From the NCBI GenBank assembly GCA_965113315.1, contig OZ220374.1: 64,000 nt of DNA. One strand, given 5' to 3'. A program made the translations under genes and the position numbers. Shown here one piece after another: positions 36,571 to 49,207 of the stretch. Within the stretch, counting starts at the first letter, position 1; each line of letters opens with the position of its first letter. Source of the stretch: Podarcis vaucheri. Its lineage: Eukaryota. The notes under the pieces are model-generated. The model ran no database searches, was not told where the DNA came from, and worked only from the letters and a program-made list of their open reading frames with translations.

Positions 36571-37127
36571 TCAGTGTTACAATCAAGCGCAAAGTCTCAT
36601 AATACCACTGGCATCTTACAGTTCATTCAGGAGGAATTTAATATAGATAAATGAATGAAACCTGGTTCAGCAATATGAGATATTTTTTATCTCACACCAG
36701 AGGGACACTCCGTTGTCACCCGAGACAGATGGAAGCTAACAGCCAACAATAACAACAGCAGGCCCAATCAATACCTGTTTACTTGGAGTCAGTTTAACTG
36801 AACTGAATGGGAATCACTCCAAAGTAAGTCTGTTCAGAAATGCAACCTTATATTCAGTATTAAACATCACAAAAATGTGAATGATTCATGGGGATTAGAT
36901 TACACTCAAACTTTGAACATTTGTTTTATTATTATTGAACCCTTTTTAATATAGCAGGATCATATTGTATTTGAAAATATTCTTGCTGAAAACGCAAGAA
37001 GCAAAGTCTGTATCAAAAAGTTTTTACTGATATTAGAAATAATTGCTTTAAAATTAGCATGAGCTTTTAGGGGTTATAAGCAGCTGAAAAGACTAAAAAT
37101 GGTAGCCAACTAAAACTCATTCAAGTA

Positions 37128-37480
37128 CAGTGGTGCCTCGCAAGACGAAATTAATTTGTTCCGTGAGTTTTTTCGTCTAGTGAATTTTTCGTCTTGCGAA
37201 GCATGGTGTCGGGAAAGTTTTGGAAAAGCTTCAAAAATCACCAAAGTCTTTAAAAACCTCAAAAAGGCTACCACACCGCATGCTATGAGTTGCTCCTCGA
37301 AGTCAAGTTGCAACTGTATTAACGGTGTTAAGAAAAAGGAAACAAACTTGCAAGACGTTTTCGTCTTGCGAAGCAAGCCCATAGGGAAATCCGTCTTGCG
37401 AAGCAGCTCAAAAACCACAAAACCCTTTCGTCTAGCGAGTTTTTCGTCTTGCGAGGCATTCATCTTGCGAGGTACCACTG
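37128..37480. mobile_element. Tc1/mariner-type MITE, family A
   Basis: TA|CAGTGGTGCCTCGCAAGACG...TCTTGCGAGGTACCACTG|TA. Confidence 0.9.
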
Positions 37481-38287
37481 TACTATTTTCATCATATTAA
37501 AAGGGAGGAGAGAAGAATCTTGGGCACAAGCCAATTCCATTAAAAATCAACATACCAGGCATTTGACAGATTATGGCAAGCTGGTTGATGGCCTATTGGA
37601 TGAAATGTTCTTGCGGCTGAAGCTTTTGTTACTTTTTTACTAGGTTTGTTTATGGGTTATTGGAATGGTTTTATTGAAATGTATTGTTTCATAAACTGTG
37701 TCTATTAGCACGTGGCGTCAATACTTCTCAGTACTTCTTCACTTGCAATGGGTGCATGGCAAGTTTGCATCTTCAGACCCTTCAGCCCTGATGACATCGT
37801 GGAGACATGTCTTGGACTACGTAGATGGCAGGGGCAAGCTGTGTTTACCACCTGATTCTAAGGCACTCTAGAGTTCCAATTGGATTTGGACTTAAAGGGA
37901 GGGGAATGAGCAACCTCTACTGATCTCTCACCCCAAAGCCACTTTGGGGTTTCTTCTGGGCTAAAAACTTCAACCACCCAAATTTTAAAACCTTGCTTCC
38001 CTAAGATGGAATTTTTCCTGCAGCTGTTCTTGGAATATTTTATGAATCCATGGGAACTACTTCTCCCCATGAATCCTTGCACCAAGGATGATGGGAGGAT
38101 CTGATGGAGTGCCTACAACCAGCCACTAGATCTTTAGAGAAAGAAAAGAGAGTGGTGCTGCCAGAAGAACTCTTTAACATTTGTTTAATCCATTACGAGC
38201 CAAACCCAAACTCTAAATGAAGTTTGCGGTTTGCCTCATAAAGGAGTCAAGTTGTTTCCCCAATTTGGATCTGCAGTGATATTACTA

Positions 38288-38485
38288 CAGTTTGTTTCCT
38301 TTTTCTTAACACCGTTAATACAGTTGCGACTTGACTTCGAGGAGCCTTTTTTGAGGTTTTTAAAGACTTTGGTGATTTTTGAAGCTTTTCCAAAACTTTC
38401 CCGACACCGTGCTTCGCAAGACGAAAAATTCGCTAGACGAAAAAACTCACGGAACGAATTAATTTCGTCTTGCGAGGCACCACTG
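38288..38485. mobile_element. Family A MITE, partly deleted, inverted relative to the 37128 copy
   Basis: Near reverse complement of ~37128-37350; right TIR ...GAGGCACCACTG|TA intact. Confidence 0.88.
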
Positions 38486-38563
38486 TAATTGGAAGTAAAA
38501 GAGCTCCACATTTGTACGATGAAACCACAATGCCAAGCTACTGCCACCTTTCCAAAGCGCATA

Positions 38564-38789
38564 CAGTGGTACCTTGGGTTACATACGCTTCAGGTTACAG
38601 GCTCCGCTAACCCAGAAATACTACCTTGGGTTAAGAACTTTGCTTCAGGATGAGAACAGAAATCATGCTACGGCAGCACGGCAGCAGCGGGAGGCCCCAT
38701 TAGCTAAAGTGGTGCTTCAGGTTAAGAACAGTTTCAGGTTAAGAACGGACCTCCGGAACGAATCAAGTACTTAACCCGAGGTACCACTG
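38564..38789. mobile_element. Tc1/mariner-type MITE, family B
   Basis: TA|CAGTGGTACCTTGGGTTA...TAACCCGAGGTACCACTG|TA; internal CAGGTTA repeats. Confidence 0.9.
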
Positions 38790-39704
38790 TACTAGTTAGA
38801 CTAGCGGTCCTCTTGAAGAGAACATTAAATCTTTCAATCCTTATTTCCTATTTTACCTCTCAGCTACAGGGATTGCATTTTCCCCCGTAGAGGCCACAAC
38901 TCGGTGGTAAAACTATGGTTTGTCTTTTGGCTTACTAGCCATTTAAATATGTTCTTGACATCTTTTCAGAAATCCCTAGTGAGACACACACACACATTAA
39001 CAGCAGCACAGTGGTTAAAAAGCTGGGCTGAGATGCAATGACAGAATGCCTGAATCAAATTATCACATCTGCCATGAATGTGGGGTAGGCTTAGGCAAGA
39101 GACCTTCTCTCACTTTCAGTACAGAATCTGTAATTCTGAAAGATTTTTACCTTTTTTAATTAAATGTGCTGAGAAATTTATCAGGACTAATTCTGTAACT
39201 TTTTGATCAATCAAAATTTGTTTGTTGCACTGTAACCACTACTGAGTTCATTTTTACAAATTGTTTAGTACATGCAGAAGCTGCTATTCATATTATTATT
39301 AGTTTGGCTGCAACATTTAGTCAATCCATTGGCCAAATGAATCAATTAAAATATTTGGGTCAGCAGATGTTTTAAATGAGATTCTTTAATGGTGCTTATC
39401 TTATGAAAACTGCAGATGGCAAGCACCATCTTCTACACTTTCTCCTCTATCTGAGAGAATGGGAAGTGACCATTCATGCATCACCTGACAACAAAGAAAA
39501 TAAACTTTTTTCTCTTTAGAACTATTGCTTTTTCTCATGTACATACATATGTAGATGGGGCATTATTGTTTTGCTTGTTATTATGCTATGTATTCTTGTG
39601 TATATCATCCTGTCATATTTGGATTAAAGGTGGTATGTAAATTTAATAAACATAAAAATAATAATCAATTAAAACAACTATGATTTATTTAATTAGGTGA
39701 TAGT

Positions 39705-40178
39705 AAAGGTAAAGGTTTGACCAAACTGCGGGAGGCAGTGGAAGATAGTAGTGTCTGGCATGCTCTGGTCCATGGGGTCACAAAGAGTCAGACACGACTA
39801 AATGACTAAACAACAACAAAGGTAAAGGGACCCCTGACCATTAGGTCCAGTCGTGGCCAACTCTGGGGTTGCGGGACTCATCTCGCTTTATTGGCCGAGG
39901 GAGCCGGTGTTTGTCCGCAGACAGCTTCCGGGTCATGTGGCCAGCATGACTAAGCCGCTTCTGGCGAACCAGAGCAGCACACGGAAACGCCGTTTACCTT
40001 CCCGTCATAGTGGTACCTATTTATCTACTTGCACTTGGACATGCTTTCAAATTGCTAGGTCGGCAGGAGCAGGGACCGAGCAACGGGAGCTCACCCCGTC
40101 GCGGGGATTCGAACCACCGACCTTCTGATTGGCAAGTCCTAGGCTCTGTGGTTTAATCCACAGTGCCACCCACGTCCC
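39705..40178 (-). mobile_element. Full-length Sauria SINE with 15-bp TSD TAATTAGGTGATAGT
   Basis: Minus 5' GGGACGTGGGTGGCACTGTGG..GGTTCGAATCCC tRNA-like head; (ACCTTT)n tail; TSD 39690-39704 and 40179-40193. Confidence 0.92.
39716..39817 (+). mobile_element. Short RTE-BovB 3' fragment nested in the SINE tail
   Basis: Nearly identical to ~25585-25686; flanked by AAAGGTAAAGG at 39705-39715 and 39818-39828. Confidence 0.9.
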
Positions 40179-41385
40179 TAATTAGGTGATAGTCTCAATT
40201 ATATACTAAGTGACTGTGATTCAATGAACCATATTCCTTATTCCATGCACTCCTGAGTCTTTGGGCTTCTCTTTCTTAAATTTATATGCCTGCCCACCTC
40301 TACCCCCAGTGCCACAAAGCAAATCACTACTAAACCTCAAAAGCAGTTTATGGCATGGGAACTACTTTCCAAAGGAAAACTTTTTTAAAGATTCCATTGA
40401 GGATGTCTAAGGGCTTAGCACATCTAAGTAGCTCCCTGGATCCAAACGAAACTAAACAGGCCAAGTTAAACTAGCACTTATAGAAAACTATTAAAATTCT
40501 TTAAATAGTTTTTTTTTAAATAATTCATTAAGGCCTCTTAGAAATAAAATACATCACAGCAAGTTCTAAAAGGGGTTTGGGTTGGTAGTAGCAGTCAGGT
40601 CAGCACTGACATGTGGTGCTGTGTCTTTACTGTACTGTATATTTAATTCTTCGCATATCTACGATTTTGCAGAAATTAATAATGCTGACATAAGATGCAC
40701 ATGGTGGGGGGGAATAGAGGCTACTGCCTCTGAGGGGAAAACCTGTACTGGGTGGAATTAGCTATCTAGCAGCTGAATGCCTGCACACTGCTATTCCAGC
40801 CATCTACTGTTTTCAGTATAACCTCTCCTACAGTCTTAAGCAGGGATGGCTAACATGTCACCCTCATATATTGCTGGACCACAACTCCCATCGTCCCTGA
40901 CCACTGGGCCATGCTGGTTAGGCCGATGCAATTTGGAGTCCAAAAATATCTAGAAGATTCACGGGGCATTAATATACCACAAGTAGGTCCAAAAACATTA
41001 TATAGGCTTTCTAAGTCTATTTGGGAAATTGCACAATTTCCCTCACTGCTGCTTGCTGGACATGGGTGCTGTGCGGCAACTAAAGCCTGACAATGAAACT
41101 TGAGTATTTGAGACAAAATTGCTCCCATGAACTTCAGTGAAAGGACAGCATATGAATTATGTCTGTCAACCAATTAAAGAACTGTTAGTCAATTAGCAAT
41201 GTGAGTTTAAGTGAATTAATTCATTGATTTAATTAATTAAATTGAAAACCCATCTATTTTTAACCAGGCCTTTGTGGGTGGGGTAGTTGGTCAGATTTTG
41301 GTTTTTATTGTTATGGTTGCTTCTGCTGTAGTTTCATCTTCTCCTTTTACCTGCTTCACTTTACGACTGGTTTTAATTTATACTA

Positions 41386-41627
41386 CAGTGGTACCTCGGG
41401 TTAAGTACTTAATTTGTTCCGGAGGTCTGTACTTAACCTGAAACTGTTCTTAACCTGAAGCACCACTTTAGCTAATGGGGCCTCCTGCTGCCGCCGCGCC
41501 GCCAGAGCATGATTTCTGTTCTCATCCTGAAGCAAAGTTCTTAACCTGAACCACTATTTTTGGGTTAGCAGAGTCTGTAACCTGAAGCGTATGTAACCTG
41601 AAGTGTATGTAACCTGAGGTACCACTG
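41386..41627. mobile_element. Family B MITE, inverted relative to the 38564 copy
   Basis: TA|CAGTGGTACCTCGGGTTA...TAACCTGAGGTACCACTG|TA; one extra 15-bp unit near the right end. Confidence 0.9.
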
Positions 41628-42305
41628 TATTATACCTTGCCCTGGTATTGCACTGTGATTAAAGTAAAGTTAAAAATATTTTACTATTAATTTATAAAAT
41701 GGGTGATAACCAGTGTTAAGTCATAGGCAGATCTACTGAGATCAACTGACTTAGGTCTTAGTTTGTTATCACCCCCCAAAAATCTTCATAAATATGTATG
41801 TGAGGAAAACCAATAATTCTGAAGCCATAAGTATACTTACTGCATTATTAGACAATGCATGGATATCATATAAGACATTATCTTAGAAGAGGCATTCCCT
41901 GCTTTGTATGTGAAAGAAGGAGGGATGCCTCTTAAGACTAATTAGCACCTGCTGTTTTACAAAGATCTGCATTAAATAGAATAAGAATGTTAATTAGGGC
42001 AGCTATTTAAACGACTGAAAGGTTAACCAATCAATTAAATACTGCAGCCCTAATAAAAATTATTGCCATCTACTTTGCTCTTCTTAATCTCTCCAGCAAT
42101 GTCATGACTTAACTGACCTTCACATGTATCAGCAGCTACTGTCAGCTCTCTGTGCACCTATGCTGCAGCACACCTGTGCATTGAGATATTCTTAGGAAAC
42201 CAACTTACAACTTGAGTTAAAGTATAAGTGTCACAACCACAGCCTCAAAAACCACACATGTAAGCATCTGAAAGCCTGATTAATGTTAACAGTACATCAA
42301 GTGCA

Positions 42306-42306
42306 T

Positions 42307-42338
<32 letters not shown>

Positions 42339-42339
42339 C
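42306..42339. repeat. (AAC)n microsatellite
   Basis: Direct inspection. Confidence 0.95.
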
Positions 42340-43365
42340 TTGTACTTCACCCCCACCCCTACCAATCCCACTTTCAAATTTATTCAGCATATTGCTATGA
42401 CCTTCACTTGCCAGTTCCTCAATGGGGGCCTCTTTTATTACATAACAAGCACAATCTTCTTTTCCTTGCTTCCAAGGCTGCAAACCGACAAACACACTAC
42501 TCCCAGACCACAATTCTTCAATATCTTCTTGACCTCTATGTTCTTAATATTCTGTCTGGTTTTCCCATTTCTGCTTTTTATCCTTACAAATTACCTTATA
42601 TTTTACTCTAGGGTTTTAAAGATATGTGCACATACACAAATTCAATTGTTTCTGTTTTACAAAGCTTTGCAAAAGATTGACAGCAATGACTGAGCTAAAT
42701 AAGGAAGAGCCACACATGGCAATACAGATTCATTCAAATTATTGCAGAATAAACCTTTAAAATCACTTGTAGCAGTGAGGGTGTATAGCAAAACTTTTAA
42801 AATTAAATATTAACTTCTTAAGCATTTATCATGTCACAAAACTGCCTACTACTGTTGTTATAGGTAAATACATATTAGATGCAACACAGAAAATTAAGCA
42901 TGTTTATGTTCTGTTAACATCAGTGGGATTAAGGCCCCATCACTTACACTGTTGCATGGGAGCAGTTTCCCCATGGCATTTCTGCACACAACTGTGATGT
43001 GTCTGTGGATATCGGAACCAGGAAAAAGTCTAATGGCACAGGTTGCTCACATACCTAGGAGGGGCAGTACCAATCAGGAGAAAATCTTTCCCCAGTCAAG
43101 TAGTTGCAATAATCATACATACACTATAGTCACACTGGAAAACATTACAGGAAAACAGCTCCCACACATGCAGCTGTGAAACAGGCCTAGAAATACTGGA
43201 GCTGAACATTGTATTTTCTAGATTATACCCACAAAAATTATGAAACTCAAATAAATTAACTAGAATGATGCATAATAATTAAAAAAAATAAAATAATAAA
43301 ACCAAGTGGCAGATCCAAAGCCATGTATCAGAAGCAGAGAGATGAAAACCAATGGTTTAGCTCAC

Positions 43366-45325
43366 CTATGAATGGAATGCATGCCAAGGAATCACCAGGT
43401 GTGCTGGCGCTGGAAGCTTTCCTTTCTTCTATTATTTTTATATGGACCTCTCGACGTGCATCATTGGGCAACCAACAAGTAGTCTCCGGGGCTGGCTCTT
43501 GATCATTTACTGCTAAGATGTAGGACTGATGCCGCAAAGGCTGTGGTGTCTGATGGCCAGAAGGAGACTTTTCTCGCAAGACAACTGCTTCTGTATCCTC
43601 ATCTACAACATCCCTTGGCTGGCTCTCAGATTCTTTTATATTTTCCTTTTCAAACTCTTGAACCTTCTGTCTAATAGAGACATCCAAGTTAACAGAGGTA
43701 GTTAAATGCTCACTCATCTGTGGGACAAATTTGGCAGAAGCTAAACAGGTAGTAGGGGATAGAGTACTTGTGTCTATTTCTGTTTTGTGGCCTGGCACAC
43801 TTTTTGCTTGTATCCTTGATTGTTGATTCAACAAACCACTGTTGTACATATGATTTAGTTCTCTTTGGTCTGCGGTAGTAACACTATCCAGGCTCTGATT
43901 AAGGGAAAGCGACGGTTTTGCTGCATAGGGTACAGAAGTCTTCAATGAGTTGCTTCTTGTGCTTCTAGCTATTGAGTGAGATGATCTTTCCTGAAAAACG
44001 GTTGTAGGCTTTGAAGTTCCACCAGAGGTTGGCAAATCTCTGGCAGGCTGCAGTGATTTTGCATCAGGTGGAGCCTTCTGGAACTGTGGGGTTGACCCTG
44101 AGGCTCTGCTGTTTATTCGTCTACCATCTGAGCCATAAGCACCCGGAGCCACAGAAAAATTTGAGCCTCGAAGAGACAAGTGAAATGCATGCTGCCGGGG
44201 TCTCTCATAAATACCTCGCCGATCATCTTGCTCAGTAAAGCCAGTCCACTTGTTAGTCTTTTTTCTGTCTCTGTTTGAATCTGCAACAAGATTCTCAGTG
44301 TGAAAATTTTCTAATGTTTCACCCTGCTTTCCTAAATAGTCCCAAGACTGTGTCCTGTGATTCCTGGGGCTGATAGATGGTGAGGTTAGAGCATCTTGAG
44401 AGGCACTCCTTGGCCACTCCTTCAACAATATAGGATCTTCAAGTCTTTCCTGGGACACACTCCTTTGCCGTATCTGAATGGACTGTGGGACCCTATCATG
44501 AGAGGTGCTTCTGCGTCGTACCTGTGAAACACTGCGATTTGGTACCACTTGATTATAATCTGTTGTGTTCTGAGATGCTGCTCTTAAACTATCTAACCTT
44601 TCCTGTATGGTTCTGCAGCCATACATGTGCAAACGTCTATTATCAATGTACTCTTTGTAGGTTTTGTAATTTTTCCAGTCTATGGTTTGGTGGGCATTTG
44701 GAGAAGTGTAGTGATTGGTAGTGACAGAGGGAGAACCTGCACTTTGAGTAGGAGATCTAGTATTTGAGATCCCTTCTGGATGCCCTCCATAGCTTCCAGA
44801 TTTGCTAGGTATTCCATTGGGATCTATTGGCCTTGTGAGTGGCGTCTGAGGAAGTACAATGGCAGTGGGCATTGGAGAAGGTGGTGATGTGGTTCGTGCT
44901 TTTGTTTTAATAGTGGTTTGTTCCTTAAGACCGTATCTTACTTCTTCTATCCGATGTGATGGACCAGTATGATTTATTCTACAGGATGACAAGTCTACAG
45001 CCTTCTCGGAAGGCACAACAACAGTTCTTACAGTCTCGTTGTTGCAAACACAGACAGCTGTGTTAGATTTTGCAATATCTGTTGGGGATGGAGGCACTTG
45101 TATTTCCATTCTGTAGGCCTTTTCTGGTTGTGCTGATGTCCTTACAGGTCTACTAGCTGGCTGCTTACCAAGTGAAGAGTCAGGAGGTGCTTTCTCAATA
45201 TCTTGTGCCTTGACAGAAGGTGGAGATGCTAACCGAGGATAACATATTGGTGGTGGTTCAGGTATGTTGCGGGCATTACCACTGTAAGCTTCATTGCCTT
45301 TCAGGTAGGCATCTTGGGAATATGC
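43366..45325 (-). CDS. ARHGAP21: ARHGAP21 large internal exon ([30 protein letters not shown]...DSLACIPFI)
   Basis: ctttgtatag|GCA ... ATA G|gtgagc; 1960 nt, phase 0/1; in frame with the 593-aa ORF; motifs [42 protein letters not shown]. Confidence 0.95.
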
Positions 45326-46804
45326 CTATACAAAGAGGATTCAAAAAGAAATGAAATTACTAAAAATGTGAATGTGAAATCATCACCATGTTACAGGGAA
45401 ATGAATCCAGTAGACAGCTAAATCCCTTGAAGGGCAAGGACCTCTCATATGAAACAGCTCTTTGCTAGAGGTAACTGTTCAAAGAACAAGAAGTGTCAAA
45501 TGCCTTCATTATTACTCCCTGCGTATGAAAATATACAATGGAAAGTCTCCACATAGTATTAAGCATGTTTTATATAAGTCAAACAGCAAATCCCAGCAAC
45601 TAATGGCAGCTGATTAAGAGAACACAGAGATTTGTAAGCATAAACCCAAACCAAGTATTTCTGTTCATACACATCCTCAAACCCAGCTTCACAATTTCCT
45701 CCTTTTGATCTTTTTTTATGCTGGAAGCTAAAATTATGCAGCAATTGACAGGTTAAATAAGGAATTCTGTTAGCCTCAGAAAATGTGCAGCTCTTTGCCA
45801 CATAGAGAAAACATATAGCCTATGTAAATACTATTGCATTCAATACAGATTGCTTTTCTAAAAGGTACAATTACTATATCTAATGGGAGTAGAGAGTGGC
45901 AATGTCTTTGTTGGCTGCCAACGCCCACCCTCCTTCCAAATAATCTTACATGTTACTTATTCCATGAATTCCATACCACTCACAGCAGTGCCATTTTTTA
46001 ACCCAAATACACCACCAACATACATGCTCAGGCAGCTATTTATAAGCACTTCCTTAGAGCGGAATGCAGACTATCACAAGCCATATATTCTTTAGGCGCT
46101 TCACAATTTCCATCTTACCTTGCATTTTAAGAACCTGACTCCTAAGGAAACCATTTGCTTTACATATTGCATGTTTCCCTTGCATCAAGACATTTCTGAA
46201 ACCATCGTACAACTAATGATGCAAGATCTGCCCGGAACATACAAATGCTATTATTTTAGACTTTGCCATCACTTCCTTTAGTGGCAATATGAAATTAAAA
46301 GAGCTGACAGCACACAGCTTGCCGATGCACAAATCTTTCCCAAACATTTTTTTTAACACAGCTTAGGTGTGGTATCATATTACAGCATTTCCTGCTTAAA
46401 TCATAACATGCTCCATTCAGCCAAATCAACATGCCCTGCCTTAGCATTAGACAGGTTGTAAAAGCCCAAATGCAGCCATAAACATTAGACTAAGAGCAAA
46501 GTGCTGAGGATGAGAAGGGCGAGGTACTTAAAACACACGGCTGCAATAAATATCACTGACAGCATTGGTTAAGTGCAAACGAAATATTAAAAGCAAACTG
46601 GCAAGAAATAAACCAAGTAACTAACAAAAACACAGGCACACATTAAAAGGTAACAGAATCAATATTACAACTGAGATTCAGCTAACCAGCAGATCTAGCT
46701 CGCTTTCAGCAACTTGCAGGCTTTAACAGTCCAGCATCTTGCAGATCTACCAAGAAACACATGCCTTACAAAAATCAGAGAAATGGCTACAGTACATTTC
46801 TTAC

Positions 46805-46834
46805 CAGTGCTGTGACATCCTTTGAAAACTGCAG
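46805..46834 (-). CDS. ARHGAP21: ARHGAP21 30-nt microexon (LQFSKDVTAL)
   Basis: tcctgttttctgccag|CTG CAG ... GCA CTG|gtaaga; phase 0/0; matches recalled LQFTKDVTAL segment after the PDZ domain. Confidence 0.88.
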
Positions 46835-49062
46835 CTGGCAGAAAACAGGAAAACATAGTAAAAGCTGCTTATGAGTGTAAAGACAGAATTATGTGGTCAT
46901 GTTGAAGCGGGATACACAGCAAGCTAAAAATACATCTACACCGATTTCTCTGGAAGATACCAAGAGAGGTAAAGGGCAGTGGAGCATAAACAATAACTTC
47001 AGCCTCCTTGTGAGCATGTCTGTCTCAGGCTTTTACCTGCTTCTTGCATTTATTCCCTAGCCTTCCAGAAAAAGAAAACACAGTTGTGCTGTGTTGCTTC
47101 AGTGCATCTTTTCTGCTGCAAACGGAGCCCTCTGGTTGTGCTACAAGGCGTCCCTTCTACTAGAGCAACATAACGGTCTTTCATCTCCCCTGAGCTGCTA
47201 CCATCCCTGCTTCCAGATGACGAAACAAGGGTTTCATTATGCATTTAAAATCCATGCACCCCTTCCCCACTTGCATCGGAACAGAACCACAAGCTGTCAG
47301 CTGACTGCAGCTGCTTTCATACTCTACGTCTGACATTAGAAGGATGATTTCAGAATAATCCTCAGAGAAAAACAGCCTCCCCATGTGATCGTTTTCATTT
47401 TGTATATCTTTGGTGTTTCTTCAGAGACAGGCTGTGCTTCCAATTGCAAGGTGCATGCTAATACAGCTGTCTGATTTTTGCATGCTCTCTCATGACGGAA
47501 AATGGGGACTCTGCATTCGTGTACTTTTCAGATTAGGAGGGGGAAATAGGAAAGCAGACATAGACGCATGAAAAAGCAAGCTGTGGTACAGTCTAAGGAA
47601 ACAACACATCCGCTCACACTCTGAAATATGCCAATACTGCCTCCCTAGTCCAATTTAGGCATATATACTCAGCCCAAATCTGCAGGTTTGCAAGATACCC
47701 TACTTAAAAACCACAAAAAATGCACCACATTAACTCTGCCTGAATATATATATAATCTGGGAATGACTAAAATGATAAATTATAGGAAATGAACCAGTTT
47801 TGTATTAATGAAAGGAAAGGAAATTCGAAAGTATATCAGAATATAGCATAGTTCTTCTAAATAATTATTTTAGTATATATTTTCATTATTTTTAAAGTCA
47901 ACGAAGAGCATTTTTTATAAAAAAATATTCAATTTACAACTTCAAGTTCAAAACTGCTTAATATAAAATAAATATACAGCAGGGGCGGGGAACCTGTGGA
48001 CTACAATTCCCATCAGCCTCAGCCAGCATGGACTGAGGAGAGTCTATAGTCCAGCAATCAATGGAGAGCCATAGGTTTCCCACCTCTGTGGTACACAGGG
48101 TAAAGTCTTCCCAAGGCTGGTGCAAGGCATAGTACCTCCTGGGAAAGCCGCTTCCAGCCCTCCTCTCCTCTTCTCTCCCCCTCACTTTTGATAAGTTTTG
48201 CTGCTAATGTGGCAGCTTGCCTATGCTTCCTCACTGTGGAAGGGATTCACTCCTCAGAATGAGACATTCTAAGTGAGGTGGCTCAGGAAAGGACCTGCCC
48301 TGCCGCTGCTTTTCTTATGCTTCTAATAATTTTTTAAAACAGGAATTTCTAGCCACCATGAAAAATGAGAGGCAGCAGCACGGGCAACCTCACTCAGAAT
48401 ACATCACTGGGGAAGGAACCCCCTTTGTCAGAGCAAGGCATGAAGAGGGTGGGCACTCCAGTGACCCCAGAAAAAGCCAAACGGGTGACAGCATCTGAAG
48501 CAAGTGTGCGGGTGCCTGGGAGGCACCAATTTGCCGCCCCAGTCCCTGAAGTAATTAGCTGAGTTTGCCCAATGCTAAGGCCACCCATAAGCCTTTCCAC
48601 ACTGTTAACAAGAGAGGCAAACCCAGATTAAAATCAGCTGAACTTGGATCCCACTAAAATCAATTGGACAAATTAATAATGACTTTGGTGTTATTGATTT
48701 TGATGCAAATTTATGGCATAATCCCGAATGAGGAGCAAAGTAGCTGAGTGACTACCACTTCCAAAACCCTGCTGGCTTCATGCTGGTCAGGCTGGAGGTG
48801 GGCTTACCCTCCCACACGTGTAAGGTAATTTAAAACAAATAAAAGGGGGGATTAAATATGTCCCTTTACTTATTCTACACATCTCCATTCCACTGGTACT
48901 GCCTCTCTCCGATGTCACTAGTGCTAACCTGTGATTTATTTATTTTCATATCTGGAGCACAGGGGAAACACATCATGCCACAGAGGCTATAAGAAGATAC
49001 GGGACTTATACACCTCTAAATCAACCAGCTACGTCCTAGCTTCTGGATCTGCCAAATGATAT

Positions 49063-49207
49063 GTAGAATTGTAGAGCTGGAAGAGACCCCGGGGGCCATC
49101 TAGTCCAACCCCCTGCAATGCAGGAATCCTGCCCACAGCCACCCCTGGGTGGGCTCGAACCACCAACCTTCTGGATTATAGCCAGACACACTGCCCCACT
49201 ACGCCAT
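49063..49207 (-). mobile_element. tRNA-headed SINE with CR1-like tail
   Basis: Minus: ATGGCGTAGTGG..GGTTCGAGCCC box, then GGATTCCTGCATTGCAGGGGGTTGGACTAGATG..TTCTAC. Confidence 0.75.
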
